From Acanthaster planci (lineage: Eukaryota): 64,000 nucleotides of DNA. The position numbers and the translations under genes were made by a program. Each line of letters opens with the position of its first letter. Within the stretch, counting starts at the first letter, position 1. Of the stretch, positions 1-47,044 are shown one piece after another. The stretch spans positions 5,915,068 through 5,979,067 of the forward strand of contig NW_019091355.1 in NCBI RefSeq assembly GCF_001949145.1, given 5' to 3'. The notes beneath the pieces are model-generated. The model saw only the letters and a list, made by a program, of their open reading frames with translations, was not told the DNA's origin and searched no databases.

Positions 1-7
1 CAAACAC

Positions 8-326
8 TAGCTTTGGTCAAGGCGTTCATCAACCGTCGTAGCACAGCACGCACCAGCCACTTACTGACCTAGTACGTACCTGCGTATGTGCATGTACATA
101 TCTGCATACATTGCAAAATCAAGGCGAAGAGCGACCTCGCACAGCCTATGAAATAGTTCCTAGTTCAGCTGATTTGCACATTTCTTAGGCCGTGTGAGGT
201 CGCTCTTCGCCTTGATTTTGCAATGTATGCAGGTACGCACATGTACATATGCAGGTAGGTACTAGGTCAGCGAGCGGCTGGTGCATGCTGCGCTGTGCTG
301 AATGATAAACACTTTGACCAAGGCAA
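8..326. mobile_element. Fold-back MITE, Academ(H)-like
   Basis: ~145-bp inverted arms (8-154 / 179-326), TAGC-type terminus; right flank accaaacac (327-335) matches caaacac at 1-7, suggesting a 9-bp TSD. Confidence 0.75.
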
Positions 327-379
327 ACCAAACACTACACACTCGAGCTTAACACAAACTGTTATTGCTAGTCTCACAC

Positions 380-385
380 TTTATT
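380..385 (-). terminator. Candidate polyadenylation signal AATAAA of the protease gene
   Basis: tttatt on + strand ~865 nt past the stop codon. Confidence 0.4.
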
Positions 386-1249
386 ATAAAGTTGGAAAAA
401 AGATACTGTGGATGTGACCACAATACTTATCTACAGAAAAAGTTGGCATCAAAAATGCAACAGGTTTCAAAAATTTGCAACAATCCTAAACTCGGCAAAT
501 AAAGCAAAATTTTACCATTTTTTCATTGGAAAATGCCTTCCATCAGGCCAGAATACAGCCTTGACTGAATAACTTCACTGCGGCTTCAAATTACAAATCT
601 ATGGTACTGACTGCAGCCATTTCCCATAGAGTTGTGTCTAATTTGAAGCCACAGTCATGTCATTCATACACAACCTACAGTCCAGTCCAAGGGTTCCTTT
701 GAAAGTCTCAACAAATCTGTCAGTGATCCTTCATAATATCTCACATAATGGAGTAACTATTAAAGATTCAAAAATGTTACAAGCCATTACTTACTAACCA
801 CTCATGGAGGTTTGCTCACAAGACATACTGAATTCTTGCTGAGGTCTCTTGGTCAGTTAATGCTGTTTTTTTGTTTGCACTGGTATTTCCAATGCGTAGG
901 TTTTGCCTTGAACATAGCAAGGGTTACAAGTTTCCTCTAAATATAAATAGCCTTCTGTGATATATGTAAAAAGAGGAAAGCACACAAGAGCAAACTGCAT
1001 TGAACATAAAAATAGACAAAGGTTACATTCACTACCTGTGATGTATTTCAAAAAGAAAGAAATTTACTAAAACAACTTATGTGTAATACCAGACTAACAC
1101 CAAGAAGATAGGTTCACCAAATATGACCACAAAATGCTTCAAATCTCAATATTGTTTGTGGAAACTAGTCCACTATAGAGTCATTTCACTTGGGCCATGC
1201 CTAAAACTTGGCAATTGATGGAGTTGTGGATTTTGGTGCATGCACCAGG

Positions 1250-33422
<32,173 letters not shown>

Positions 33423-34752
33423 CTACATGTATGTGCCACGAAATTACAAAAAGGACTTAAAGCCATAAGAAAAATATAGTGCTCGAGGCCGTCAACAACT
33501 TGTGTACAAGCTTGCTATTTCTTGTGTGGATATGAGAATAAATGTTGTCCTCACAATGCAGGTAGTGAAGATGGAGGGTGTGGTTGTGTGTGTAGGGGAA
33601 GGGGGGTAATGATTTGTTTTTAATAAAATGATCACCGGCAACATCTAACCGATAATAATGAACCAAAAACAATGACAACTTGAGCCTAATTGTCTCAAGC
33701 AAGGGACCCCATCACGGTTAATTTTTCAGAATTCCTGCACTGAACTGGGTTGTCCTGAGATTTTAATGACTTTACCCCTTTCAGTGTCCAGAATGCACAG
33801 TGTCACCCAGATCAATCTGCCATTCACCAAGGTTTGAGTCTACTGATGCAGAAACTAGAAAATCATCTAGGTATATCGGCCTTGTCAGCCAAGGTCCGTT
33901 CAAGGTAGACCTGTGTCATGTGTGTTCATCATTTGTGTTCATGTCAGGGCTAATAGACAAAAATACTGTGAAAAGCCCTCAAAATCAGCATTATCACGAG
34001 TTTATGCAGCATCACTGCATTTCTGTCACCAAGCTTGGTCTTAGTTATCATTTGGAATCAGACGACAGAGTAACTAAGACCTTATATCATCTTTCAAAAA
34101 TATTTCAGCAAGAAAATCCTCTAGAGAAAGAATATCACAGTGTTCTCCAACACTGTGATATTTTTCTCTAGTAGTTAAGTTCATTCACAAGCAATCTGGG
34201 AAGAATGCCACAGGAATGTCTTCGTCACAGTTAATACCTCAACTTGGGGATAAGTCTTTTGCAAGTTAAATTTGAATAAAATCTGTCGCACTCTTCAAAT
34301 TCACATGAACATAACAGTTTGACTTCTCCCTAACTAAAGATGCTGTTGCTATACCTCATGATTTGAGGCAAGCTTTTTGCTTAGTTACATAAGAAAGGCC
34401 TTGGACCAATATACTGTTTTCAATGGATATGAAGGGTGCAAAGGAACCAGTCCATTCCACAAATACCAGGCGCTCTGTAAAAGTTTGCCACAAATCATAA
34501 GGTATAGCAACAGTGTCTTCAGTCTGGGGAATTCAAATCATGTTAATGTGCAATTAGACAACTCAATGTACCAGATTTCATTCAAATAAAATGGCTTGAA
34601 TGAGATGGACTTAATCTAAACATTGCAATGGTCAGTAGTAAGACAAGGTACATGTAAGTACAGTGTTTGCCATAACACCTCATCCAGGAGCTGCACCCAA
34701 ACCTGCCTGCCACACAGAGTACATGTACCTAGCTGATGAGGGTACACCATAC

Positions 34753-34834
34753 CTCTTTTGGGGGCGTGTAATTTCTTCTCTTTTATCTTGCTTCGTGATC
34801 TGAGTCCCAGATCTTTACTGATGACATGATCAAC
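34753..34834 (-). CDS. Candidate upstream basic exon of the protease gene
   Basis: acacag acceptor, gtatgg donor, phase 0-1, open VDHVISKDLGLRSRSKIKEKKLHAPKR; joins 33422 in frame; no domain evidence. Confidence 0.4.
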
Positions 34835-35549
34835 CTGTGTTTCCATCAAGAAATGAGAAATATGCACTTCAGAATTACCCTTTTTTCCCCACTGATACAT
34901 CACCGCACTAACAAGATATAGCAGTCAAAGAATAAGATTTTGCTTCTGGACCTTATAAATCCATTATTCCATTTCCCTCACATAACCAATTAAAAATGCA
35001 GCTTTAATTTGCAACATATTTTGACAGTTTGTTTCTAATTAAATATACAGATGTGTAAGCATGTTCAAACCCTTCAATAGGGCCATCTTTTGGAAAGAAT
35101 TTTTATGACTCCACTGAAGCAGTTGTGTACCAAGTCTAGTATGAGAAGTCAACTAAATTTTCTAAGCATAATTTCCTAACAAAATTGGAAAGTTGTCTCA
35201 GTCCCAGATTCATGTCTTATCAGCATTTCCTCCATGAATTACCACTGAGTTGTAACATGATGGAAAAAACAAAGGAGGCAGGAGGCAACATTCTTTTATA
35301 CTTTTTCTTGAGATGACAGAGTCATGAATGTTCATCCGCCATCTTATAAAAATGCACAATCTTTACAAAGGGGCCTTCTTGTTTCTTCTTTCACACAATG
35401 CCAATTTCTGATGCACCCGATTTTCTCTCGGCCCCCCCCCCCATTTTTTTGCAGTAAACTTAACCTTCATTTTCATTACCCTGTTTTGGTAAGTTAGTAT
35501 TATAACAACCAAGAAATCAAATATTTGGCCCAATATTCTCAGTTGCCAT

Positions 35550-36480
35550 AGAATGGTTGTCATTTTTACTGATGTAAAGTTACATGTAGTTCTTCGTTTG
35601 ACATTCCACAGTCAAAGTTGAACAAGAAACTTTTTGATATTCAAACGCTGAATAATTAACTGTTTAACATTCAGGATGCACATGTATCCCTAAAAGCGAT
35701 GGAGTGCAAAAGGGACCAAAAAACACACTCTGCAACCATGCACATCCACTCACATGTACCCCATTTTACTTGCCACTTCACAATGATGTACACATAAACA
35801 ACTCTCTCCCCAGAGGCAATCAAGGGTAACAAGTTTTCTGGGGTCAAACAAGCCCTGAAATGTTAGCAACGATTTTTATTGCAGTGTAATTATTACAGGA
35901 AACATAAAGGTTAGTTTTATATACATATACTTGCCATTTTCATCAAAACTTTTTCAGTCCACCGAAATAATATACCTGTACATCAATCCCACGCCCAACT
36001 CTAAACTTCTGTTTTTTTCAAAGTGCTTCTGTACACTTAAGTGACCCCACTGCCTCCCTTTCAACCAGGGCAAGGTGGTTTTCCACAGTCGAAATGGCTT
36101 TAAAGAAAGTCTTGTTGGAGTCCTTTGCTTGCAAACCAGAGTAAGAAAGTGAATGCATCGCACCATAGTTTTCTCAAATTGAAACAAAATACCCGAACCC
36201 CATGCCCTGCCTTGAGATTACATTGAATCTGATGTCACCGTTCTCCTCGATCAGCAACAGTATCTTGCAACCCGAGGAATGGGATTCTTTAGGGTCAAAC
36301 AAGCCCTGAAATGTAGATGGCACAGTTTTTTTGGTTCTTTTTGCACACCATCACTTTTAGGGGTGTGCATCCTGAATGTCAAACAATTTTGAACATATCA
36401 AACAGTTACATGTATTTGCTCAACGTTGATAGTCAGACGTCAAGTGAGGAGTAAGTAAATAACTTCACACCGCCGCCATT
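35550..36480. mobile_element. Old MITE-like element with long diverged inverted arms
   Basis: ~35610-35727 is the reverse complement of ~36323-36430; internal direct repeat gggtcaaacaagccctgaaatg at 35841 and ~36292; ends approximate. Confidence 0.55.
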
Positions 36481-37758
36481 TTTATATAGTAAAGTTGTTG
36501 CTACCAGTTTACAGTCACAAGTTGTCGTACTGTTCTGGCATGTCTTGTGGTGAAAACCAGTGAAAGTGGTAAAGTGAAAAGGAAGGAGTTCCATATACGA
36601 ACACCACTGATTATTTCCTACAATGATCTATCAGCCGTCAGAAAGCAAAAATATGTCCAGAAAAGTTCAATTTACGAGGGAAAATACAAAGTCATTTAGG
36701 CCTACTTTGATTGTATACTTGGGGACCCCTTTTCTGAGATTTCAATCTTGCAAAACTGGTAAGTCTCCCCCAAAAAACAAAGGCAACACTGTCTTTATTG
36801 CGCTAACCCTATTTTTGGGAAATTTCAAATTGTAAATTGTGAGAAAATTTGACTTTCTTACCGATTAGAGATAAACTAACCATGCAAATTTGAATCCACC
36901 ATGTGGCACATGTTATATCACGTACAGTTTCCCCTCAAAACTCAAAACCGTAGCCGTTTTTTACATTTACCCTTCAGTTATTGAGCATGACGTCACAGTG
37001 ATCTCCCAAGGTGAATTCAACATTAAAATGAAGCTCTCCCTTCCCCAAATTTATAATTTCCCATGCCTTAACAGAGAACACTTATTAAGTTTGCATGTAG
37101 GCCTAGCTGCGTGGTGTTTATAGACCAGTCTCGTAGGGTTTTGTGCACAGGGTGTCCAGCGGCGTCCGTACACGGAACTCTTTCCAGTTAAACACAGCCC
37201 ATGTTTACATCACTTGTTCCCTTAAAAAGAGTGGAGAAATGACGGGCAGATACGTCAAAGTCAAATAAATATACCTAAAATTTTATCTTCTCTGTTGCTG
37301 TCTGCATCCTTAGCGATCACTGACCAGCTGCACTTCATGTTAAAAATACCGCCTGACTCAAGTGACACCTCGACTCCACAAGTAATTTGCCAGCGTCCTA
37401 TAAGCAGTATTTTGGGCGCCAGACTAAAAAAGAGCCATTTCGCGAGGGCAAATGCAGCAAGCGCGGGCCTTTTTCCAAACCACAACTTTATTCTTGGATC
37501 CTGCAATGGCATCGGAAGTCACTGCTCAAAATCGATCCATTCTGCTCTTCATGTACCGGTGTTTAAATGCCGGTGCATCAAACCAGGATATGAAACCAAT
37601 GTTTAGAGTCGCATCTTTTCTAAATGTCAGCTGATTTCATGAAACCCTTTGATTAGAACCTGCGGCGTAAGCCTCATACCACAGAGGCTGGACGGCACAA
37701 CTTGCAAGAGCTGTGCAATGTGTGAGGGTGTGTTTCCGGCATAAAATCAGTTGCTTAC

Positions 37759-37860
37759 CTCAGTGTACCTGCGCAACGTTTCACAATACAATCACAGCTT
37801 TAACGACGCTTGTTCCTTTGTGTTACTACAGAAGTCGTTAAATTTCTCGTGAAATTAGTT
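37759..37860 (-). promoter_or_regulatory. Candidate non-coding first exon or promoter region of the protease gene
   Basis: Strong donor CTGAG/gtaagc at 37759/37758, no ATG in the preceding ~150 nt; upstream limit is a guess. Confidence 0.25.
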
Positions 37861-39015
37861 TTGCCTGTCAGTTTGAACAAAGTTCCGCCTTTGTCGGAAC
37901 CAAGCAGAACTCTTTGAAAATCGTCTCTCACAGCCAAAAAGGGTTTCATTAGGCCAACCTACAAAAAACAAATGTGTACGAAATTTTCTCATGATGAGCC
38001 TGCATAAGTAAACCGATAGTCAACTCATTCATATTCGATTTGTTCCGCACAACTTACGCAACTAAAATTAGCGCTTATTGCACCCCATAATTTCTTGCGC
38101 AATTTGCAGACCAGTACAGTGCACCCAAGGGGAGGGGGTGTTCGGGGGCTTGAGTCCTCCAAGAATTTTTCCTTTTGATATTTTATTTTCTGAAAAAGGA
38201 AGATACGATACACACCTATACATCTTCAACTACTAGCTATTAATAGTATTATAGCTGTGCATCACAATCCTAAAGCTCTGTGGCGCAACCGGGGGCGGGG
38301 GCTTGAGCATCATGAGGTGGTTTTTTTTTGGGGGGGGCAGTAAATTCAAGTCCGAGGCCCCCTACCTTTAGGACAAATCCTGGGTGTGCACAATGAGCAC
38401 AATAAAATTTGACATAAGAAAAGTTACGCTACTGCGCCAAAGACCCAACAAATTAAGCGCCGCCTCGTTAAAATGCCAATTTGGGACATGTTCTTTTGCT
38501 ATTATCCTTGTAACCACGGACCTTTTACTTAGTATATAGAGGATCAGTGTTGTAACCAAAGCCTCCGAGGGCAGACTCTCAGTTTTCACCTCGTGCAATT
38601 CGTTCCCAAGTTCTTTCTCGATGTTGATCTAGAATAAACCATGGAACAAGGAACCCCTGTGAAACCTCGGCGGTTTCAAAGCGGTGTTACCTCAGCTTTG
38701 CTTTAAGTAGGCCTAAGTCCCCAGTAAGCCTCCGAGCCATATAGGGAGCTGTAAACAAAGGTCCTAACCAATAAACATGACTTAACTTTCTGTTAACAGT
38801 CGTTGTAACTATTTATTTTCAGGGCTCAAGTGCCAGCAACCTGAGTGCACGGACCCAGCATGGATGATGGGGGTTGATGAAGCTGAAAGACCCCACGCAA
38901 TGAAAATGTCTCCAAGGGACAGCAACCAGTACAGTCTCACTCACCGTGGGCCTGAACGCATGAAAGCAAAGGTCCGTGCGTGTATCACAAAAAAGAAAGT
39001 GCATGCATTACAATG

Positions 39016-39156
39016 CAGACCTGCCAACATGCCGTACTCCTTCCTCACATCAGGCATTACCACACAATAGATTAAAATTTTCAATCAACTGAAGGCTCAT
39101 TTAAATACCGGTAATGCCTGACCTCACGAAAGAGTACGGCAAGGTTGGAAGGTCTG
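39016..39156. mobile_element. Small MITE with 6-bp TSD
   Basis: cagacctgccaac...gttggaaggtctg arms of ~45 bp; acaatg on both flanks. Confidence 0.75.
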
Positions 39157-42100
39157 ACAATGTCTTGATTAAAATCCTGCCCCGCCCGATTGGCTCCTTT
39201 GTTTACAGAACATGTAAAAATTACTAAGTTACTTTTTTTAGTTACCTGCCGAAGCACAATTTTCTTGAGAAATTCATGTTTTTTGTTTCGGGACGCAGAA
39301 AAACGTCGTTTAGCAAGTTCTTCATCACCCATTTAATTTTTTTCCCTAGATGGTGGAAGATGTGTACCAAGTCGGATTCAGACAGGGATTATTGGCTAGA
39401 ACTACATTGTATGCGGTTCAAGAAATGGGGATTAGGGATGTTGTGTTGCTATACACGTGAGCCATGTGCAGCGGGCCGGATGTGACCGATTCATTGTACT
39501 CCCGGTGTCCCATCCCTAAAACCGGTAATATTATGACATCAGTGATTCCGGATTGACTCCACACTCTTCAGGTCATGGTCGATTTTTTTTTTTCGATGAG
39601 ACGCCGAAGCAAACTTATGATTTTTCTGCGGCGTAGGCCTAACTGGGGTACATTCTGTTGGGGGCACTTAGGGACTTCGTTTTCTGATGTGAAGCACTAA
39701 GTAGTTTCGGTCACTGTTAAAAACACTGACCACCAGCCGATTTTTCCTTTATTTTCTGAGGGGGGGGGGCGGCACAGGCCTGGGGTGTCTGTCCCCCTCA
39801 GTTATACCAATGTGGTTGTTCCTGCAACTACATGTATTACTAGTCTGTCGTGTATTATGCCCGATGCAAATACAACTGTGCACGAACAATCGGTATACTA
39901 TTTGTAATTCTGCAAGGCACTGCACAAAATACAATGTTTTTTTTTACCATTCGTAGGAATTAGAATATTGGAGAGTGTACATCTTTGCAAGCTCTAGTCT
40001 CGTAAATAGCGTCCTCCTTAACTTAGCACGAGGAATTCTTGGTTTGGCCTCGAAACTATGTTGGATGTCATAATGATGATTTACTATGGTTACCATCTTC
40101 CTCCTGAAGGGAAATAATGTTTTATTTTATGAAACCCGTTGCCAAGAACTACTATTATTACCGATGGCTGACCCCACCAAACTGCGAATATTTACATTAG
40201 GCCTATATATAACAATCAAGTATGATTGACAACTTCTGTCAGCTATATAGGGCCTATAGTACTAGCTCGGCGGGCATGGCGGGTAACGTACATACAGCAT
40301 GAAACAGCCAGGTTCACGTCATGTAATTCAATGTGCATGTATGTATTTGCATCTACCGATCTCAAACCAAAGTTTCATGATCTGAAATTGCCCAAAAGGA
40401 AAAGAAGTTTAGTTATTAGATAAGAGAACAGTTTGAGTTAAGTTCTATAAGAGAACTCCAAGTCATATTCCATTTATTAATTAGTTTTAGATTGAGAGGC
40501 TTACCTCTGTTAAAAGAAACAATGTTATGACAATGGTAAGTCCAAGCAGATGTATTGTGCGCATACTGGCGGGCCCCTGTGAAAAATCTCTCCAGCAAAA
40601 CTTGGATGACAGCGGACACCGGTGGCTAGGGCCTTTAGTCCGTTGGCAGCAACCTGTTCACTTAAAGGCTACAATCTGCACTGGTAAATAGTAGAAGCTG
40701 TGAGTACCCGTAACTTTTGAGCAGGCTGCACTCACTCCGAGCTCCTCTTGCCGTCAATAGGTCACCTTTCGAGCTTGGCAACTCTTTTTGTAGGAGGTCA
40801 AATACGCTCGCGTGGGTGGTTGGGACTTCCTCCTTCAGCGAATGAGGGTCCCCGTTGCTGATGACGCTAATTACTGCTGCCTTGTGGGTGTCGCGTGCAG
40901 TGTAGACGGGTGTACTGAACCAGCATGGTACCAGGAAAGTGAGGGGGGTGGGACTTGGAAGGGGTTGAAGGGAAGATGTTTAAATTAACTGAGAACAATT
41001 GACTTCCCGCGAGGAACTGGTGTCGGTTCAGCGGTAACCAGCAAAGGGGCGCTGTTAGTAACCGGTAAAAAAACGTTAGTCAGTCAAACGACCGGTGAAC
41101 TTGACTCACTCAGGTTTCAGCGCTCACTGTCTCCAAATATGGTTTTCCTGGTAGCCACTCGGCATGCCTGCACGATAACGAAACGGCCAGTTAAAGACGT
41201 ACCAGAAAATTTCCACACAACCATGCAAGGGTGAACGAGCAAAGCCCAATACGCCTATTATAGGGAACAGAAGCAGTGTTAAGTTTAAGAGCGACGGTCA
41301 CTTCGACGGCTAAGACTTGTGCCCTTTTTGAATTGTGGAAGCTCAGAGAATTCCGCAACTTTGTTGCTGAGGAACCATTATCAAGTCGATACAAGTACTG
41401 ACGTGTACAGTGTATAATGTGGAGCAATTTGGTTGGCCTTCTACATCCATAAGGCCTACGTGTGGGATTCGTCTTTGCTTTTGGCATTTTGTCTACTTTG
41501 ATTAATATGGACAGATAAGCTATAGTTATACACAAACTCTGAGATATGAATTGTTTAAGCACAGACAAAAACCACAGGCCCGAGAATCTGGAACTGTTTA
41601 ATATAATCAACACAGATGTGATTTTCTGTCCTTCAGCACTCTTTGCGAATTACAGAAATCCGGGACGTCGAATGACAGCAGATTTCTACAACAGCAACAT
41701 TTCGTGTCCGGTTTGCACACTGAGGTACGAAATACGTTCTATTTTGTGCCTCAACATTTTGTGCTGGAGTCAAGTCCATCAAAAGTCCTTTCACACTGTA
41801 CCAGTAATGTGCATAAGGAATCAGGAATCCTTTTGTTACAATTCATTTTGAACAGTATGTGACTTGGCTTAAGACTGAATGACTTGTGATGAACTTGCGG
41901 GGACTTGTAATGCATATAGGCCAACTCAATTATGCAGCACCGGGATTTTATAAAACAAAACGTGTTATCTCCCTTCTGCCAAATTCCCCATTTCCTCCGG
42001 TCGACAGTCCAAATATAGATCTGTTATAGAGCATAGACCTACCTCTGGAACAGAGTTTCAAGAAAAGGGTCACTCAGTATTTACAATGACGTACAGCTCC

Positions 42101-44572
42101 AGTTTATGATTTTCGTGTCGTTTGCTATTGCATAAAGAGTAAAATGTGCTGTGACTGCATGTAGAAATCAGAGGTAAATCTAAATATGCAAAAAGAAAAA
42201 TATAATTGTAACAGTGATTTCCCTATTTTGTTCAAATATTTAGGACCCGAATTGACTTGAGCTAAATGTTTGACTCAAGTCAACTTTTTGCCTAAGGACG
42301 CGACTCTACTGGGTCTCATATATACGTTACAGTGACCCGACTCGAGTCACCTTGAGTCACTATACGTTGCAATGACTTGAATCGAGTCACAAATAGCGAC
42401 TCGTTACAAGTTACAAGTCTGCCATGATCAGCTTTCAATAACAATCCTCTTTATTTCAACATTCGCCCTTTAAACAGCCATTATTGGAAACTACAACAGT
42501 TGAAATTGTACATGATTAATTGTGAACAGAGTTCCAAGGCGCTGTCACCAATTCACTCTCTGGCCAATTCGTGTTAGAGTAAACGGTACGTGATTTCCCC
42601 TGTAAAAGTGGTTTCATTTTCGGTCTGGCTGTGAGACTTTCAAGTTCCAGGCAGAGGGATGAGTGAACAACGTATAGGAAGCCTCGACCTTGCTTGACAT
42701 TAACGTCTCGATGAGTAAGGGGGCTTCCCTGAGTGTCATTTGAATGGAAATTTCCTAATAGGGGAATAGTATGGATGGATGACGGCGCTATCCTAATATA
42801 GAGCTGGGAGAACCTCGCCCCTGTACATTTTTAGCGATATCCCAAACATTTTCCCCTGAAGACCTATAGGGAGCGACGCCTTTGCGCATTTTGTTGCCAG
42901 TTTTGTAAATCTAGATTTATTGTTTTGCCTGATGTCGATTTTTCGAAGCATGACGCCTAAAAACTTATTTACGTTTTCTACTGAGAGTACACAGGTTAAT
43001 TCGTAAATGGTTGTGTGGCATACTCATGACCATCATCATAAACAGGTTTTCAGTGAGTTTGTAGTTTGCGTGTTTTACTGTTACGCAGCACTACCGGCAT
43101 AATTGTGCTAAGTTTGCGTTGATCTTTGTGAGCTTCGGTGTCAGTACCACAGTGTTGATGCCTTTCTGGTGTCACTGATATTGAGGCTTTTTTAAGTTGT
43201 TGGGATTTTCCCAAGGAATATTATCGGAGGGCGGGGCGCGAAGCACTCAACGGTAACAGAGTTACGAAACAGTGGAAGTCAACTCTAAGGCATTTTAACG
43301 AAAATATAGATCCTTTCCCTCTTTTCTCTTATTTGTTTCCCCTATTCTCGTCTTTCGTCCTTTTTCATTTTGCTTTTTTCTTCCCAGGAATAACCTCTCG
43401 CAACGCCTATAGTAGAATAACAGTGACAAACGATTAGCTAGTTGAATACGACTGTGAAATCGCGTTTTCACAGGTTAATTTCCTTTCAATGAATTGTGAA
43501 ATGCATGCATGAGTGTTACGGCGACATGGCGTGGAACATGGAAGCTGTTCCACCAGTCAGTGCGACTGTGGTTCAGTGCCACAACACATCCTTAAAGGGA
43601 CATGTAATAGAAATGTTTTGGTTTGAAATTTGAAATTTCACCTTTGTGTTTAATTGACCTTATTTTCAATTTTTGCTTTGCTATGTTTATCTCTATTTTG
43701 GGGACTTCTAAAAAGGTGATATGACTTTGCATATTTTTTAGAAACTGTGACGTAATCCAAGGCACAGAACCTCAATGTTACATTGATTTATGCACGAAAA
43801 CTTGCTTGAGGTTTATACTTCGCTATCAAAGATTTCCATTTGCTTCCCAAAGTTATTGTGTAAAAGCCAGTAAGCAACAAGGTCTCAGAAATAATTTAAA
43901 AGAGCAATTTTAGGTCTAATAGGCCTATTTTTTTGAACAGGAAAACAAGAACACCGGACAGTGTCTTCCTGGAGTACATACATGTACATCCCACCAGTAA
44001 CTGCACCCTCACCTGTCTGGAAAGGCCCGGTACGTTTAAGAGTGTACTTCACGGTTCACTTATAGCTCAAAATAGTTCAAACTTAAAGTTTTCAAATAGT
44101 TTTGATACGAAGAAGAAGAGTTTAATCATGCACGCGGTAGATCATTCAAACACTCAGAAAGTAGCTCCATGAAGCTGGCACTTGGTGTAGCTACGGTGCT
44201 TTTCATATGATTATTTTTTTTATCATTGTGTATTCGCACCTATGAACCAGGCCTAGATCGTTGCCAAGTAACTTAAGATATTTGCTTATGAAAGCAGCCC
44301 AATTCACTGGAAAAGCTGCTTGATCACAAGAACAAGATGTGTTCCACATGCAGTACTCAAGGACTCTAGCAGGTGTGTTTACTGTGTTGTGTCCCCCATG
44401 GGCTCAGGGTCATGAAATATTGCCCTTATACCTCAACAATCTTGAGCAACTTCATAATCATATCCCAGATGGCAGGAATCGTTGTTCAACCTTTGATTTT
44501 ACATGAACGTTTTGTTTATTTTCATTTACTTGAAAATTGAATGAAAGCCTTATTTAAAACCATGTATGTGTA

Positions 44573-44740
44573 CAAGGGCGGATCGGGATGGGGGGTGCCA
44601 AGTCAGACCAGCCCCCCAACAAAAAAGACCCAGGAAATCGTAGAAAATAATATAAAATGACACAAGCCTCAAATTTAGCCTTACCCACCAAAAAGGCCAT
44701 TAAAGGTTAAATGAAAAAAAATATTCTGGATCCGCCCTTG
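44573..44740. mobile_element. Small hAT-like MITE
   Basis: TIR caagggcggatc/gatccgcccttg; TSD not evident. Confidence 0.65.
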
Positions 44741-47044
44741 CGCATGAAGTTGGTTCGATTTCCAGTGAAGTGACAGCTGGCTTCTGATCAGTGTCACGGT
44801 CATCAAAATTAGTTTCTTTGAGCAAATAACAACAGGGTAGATGAGGGCAGCACCATGTTTAGCATCAAATGCTAATAAAACACATCTATACAAGCTCTAA
44901 TCTCAGACTAGATGGTCACTTTCCATATCATGCAGTCAACTGAGATATCTCTAAACATGCTTTCATTTGGCTACATCCAATTTATTGGCTACAGCAGCAA
45001 ACTACACCCATGACCGTGGAGAAGGCTGGTTTTCTAAAATTCTTGTGAAACATTCTACGAACTTAGTAACCAAACTATACGAAACGCTTCAAATACACGC
45101 AATTCTTTGGTCTTTCCTTTTTCTGTCTTTTATTGGGGTGTTAGAATTACAATATTATTTTGGCCAACTTAAAATTTGTTCTCATAAACCTGGATACTAA
45201 ACATCTTAGTTTTTCTCTTGGCTTACTTGACAAAGTACGTGTATGTATGATCGAATTACTTTCACAGTGGAGCCATCAGATTACTGCGAGCTTTCATGCT
45301 GGGCATGATACAATGGTTGTAGAGTTCATTCACCTGGCATTCAAACAATTCAACTGCTCCAACGCGGTGCAACATGACAAGGTAGTTAGTATGGACAGTA
45401 GAACAAATGAGGTAAACACTTGTTTTTACAGATGGTCATGTAACTATTCCAGACCAATGAGATTACACAATCCAAGAAAGAATGTAACAATGGCAAATGT
45501 GGCACATTTTTACACTTTTTTCTCCATTGTCCAACGTACAGAGTGAAAACAAGAATGATGGAGCTAATCATTTTTCCTGATGGAATCACCTTCGACTGAC
45601 GTGTACAGCTCACATCCATAAGAAACCCCTGGCATGGTAGAGTAATCAGTGCTGTTCAAGGTAGTGTAGGGGGCACCTCACCGATATACATCTACGACCG
45701 ACTGGCTTGGGGTACCTCTTCGCTTGAGTTTTGGTAGATATTCAATATCCAACTGCCAACAGATGGATTTATTATCGCCATAATCACTTACAAAAACTCT
45801 TGACAATGCCGAGAGGCGATGTTTGTAGGTCTAGGGATTACACAGTCGGGAACAATATATTGCTGCAGTGTGGAATCTGTGTATCTCTTTTATCCCTGTT
45901 ATGTCTCTTTTTCCTATATACCTCCAGTTCTGTGTAACAACAATCATTCGCCTTTACAGCAATCCCTTAACTTTCCGCAACATGTCATATTTGCTTCACG
46001 TCTTACCTCTTCTTGCAGACCTACACGTGTCCCCATTGCAGATACAAACGTACATGCATCCTGCTATGTTTAATAAATTGTTTTAAGTCTTCCAAAATGT
46101 CCAAAAGATGTTATTCCCAATTGTCAACGTTTGCTCCTTCCACCGAATATCATCCACTGGGATCCTCTATCATCTCTTCTCCTCCCTTCCACTCACTATC
46201 CGTTGCATCTTTGTCCTACCTGTCCCGGTTTCCTTTTTGACATCCGAAGTAGTGTCCTGTCTTTCCCAGCACAAGAGTATCCTTTTTCTGCGGGTGGCTT
46301 GTCCAGATAGTGTTGCCCATGTCCCTGTTCGGTGTCTTGCTGTCTGAAGGAGCTAGGGGGATGTTGAGGGCCGAGCAGATTGTCGGTGATTTCAGGAGAA
46401 TGTTTTGACCAAGACCATGGAATACTGAGAAGGCCCGATAGAAAGTTATTGCCTGGTTAGATTTCAAAAATGCTTAAATCTCACAGATTTACCTCAGACA
46501 TGTATTGCGAAATAATACACGATAAAGCGGGTTTTCTTGAAACTTAATGTTACTGTAGATTGGATTTACCATCATTTGTTGACAAACAGACATTTTATTC
46601 TCCGACTGTTAAGGGGTAATTTTTCAATTCAACTTGCTAAGTACTTTTTCTGGCACCCCTGTCTCTCCGTGAGTGTATAAACTTGAAAGGAAAACAACTT
46701 TCTGTGCTTAGTAGTATGTTTATTATTTTCATATATGATAAAGGCATTCATAGCAACCAACTCCCTCTCCAAGTGCCTGGTTTGTACACTCACTCAAAAA
46801 TAATTGAAAAAGCATGGACGGCCCTCGAGAACCACGATCTGATGAAGAAGCCAAACCCAGGATTTTGATGCCAAAATTTGAAATCAATCATCAAAGCTGC
46901 TTGAAACTGACGAGGTAGATGTCTAAACAGGTTGGATCATAATGGCTTAGAAATAAGTGAGTGTTTGAGCGAGCGTATGAGCAGAAGGTCCAAAATTTGT
47001 TCAACTGAAAGATTGAGTGTTTCCCAGACAATCAGCCTGTGGCT

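Noticed and set aside
570..665. SECIS element that could recode the TGA at 28099 as selenocysteine
   Set aside because: ATGA...AAA...TGA is present on the minus strand, but the AAA is paired, the stem is far longer than SECIS helix II and the G.A quartet is out of register
37261..37512. 83-aa minus-strand ORF as the signal-peptide exon
   Set aside because: The hydrophobic stretch is interrupted by charged residues and I found no convincing in-phase splice to downstream exons
44900..46500. Possible LINE/Penelope coding relic
   Set aside because: Composition is suggestive, but I could not read a diagnostic RT or endonuclease motif
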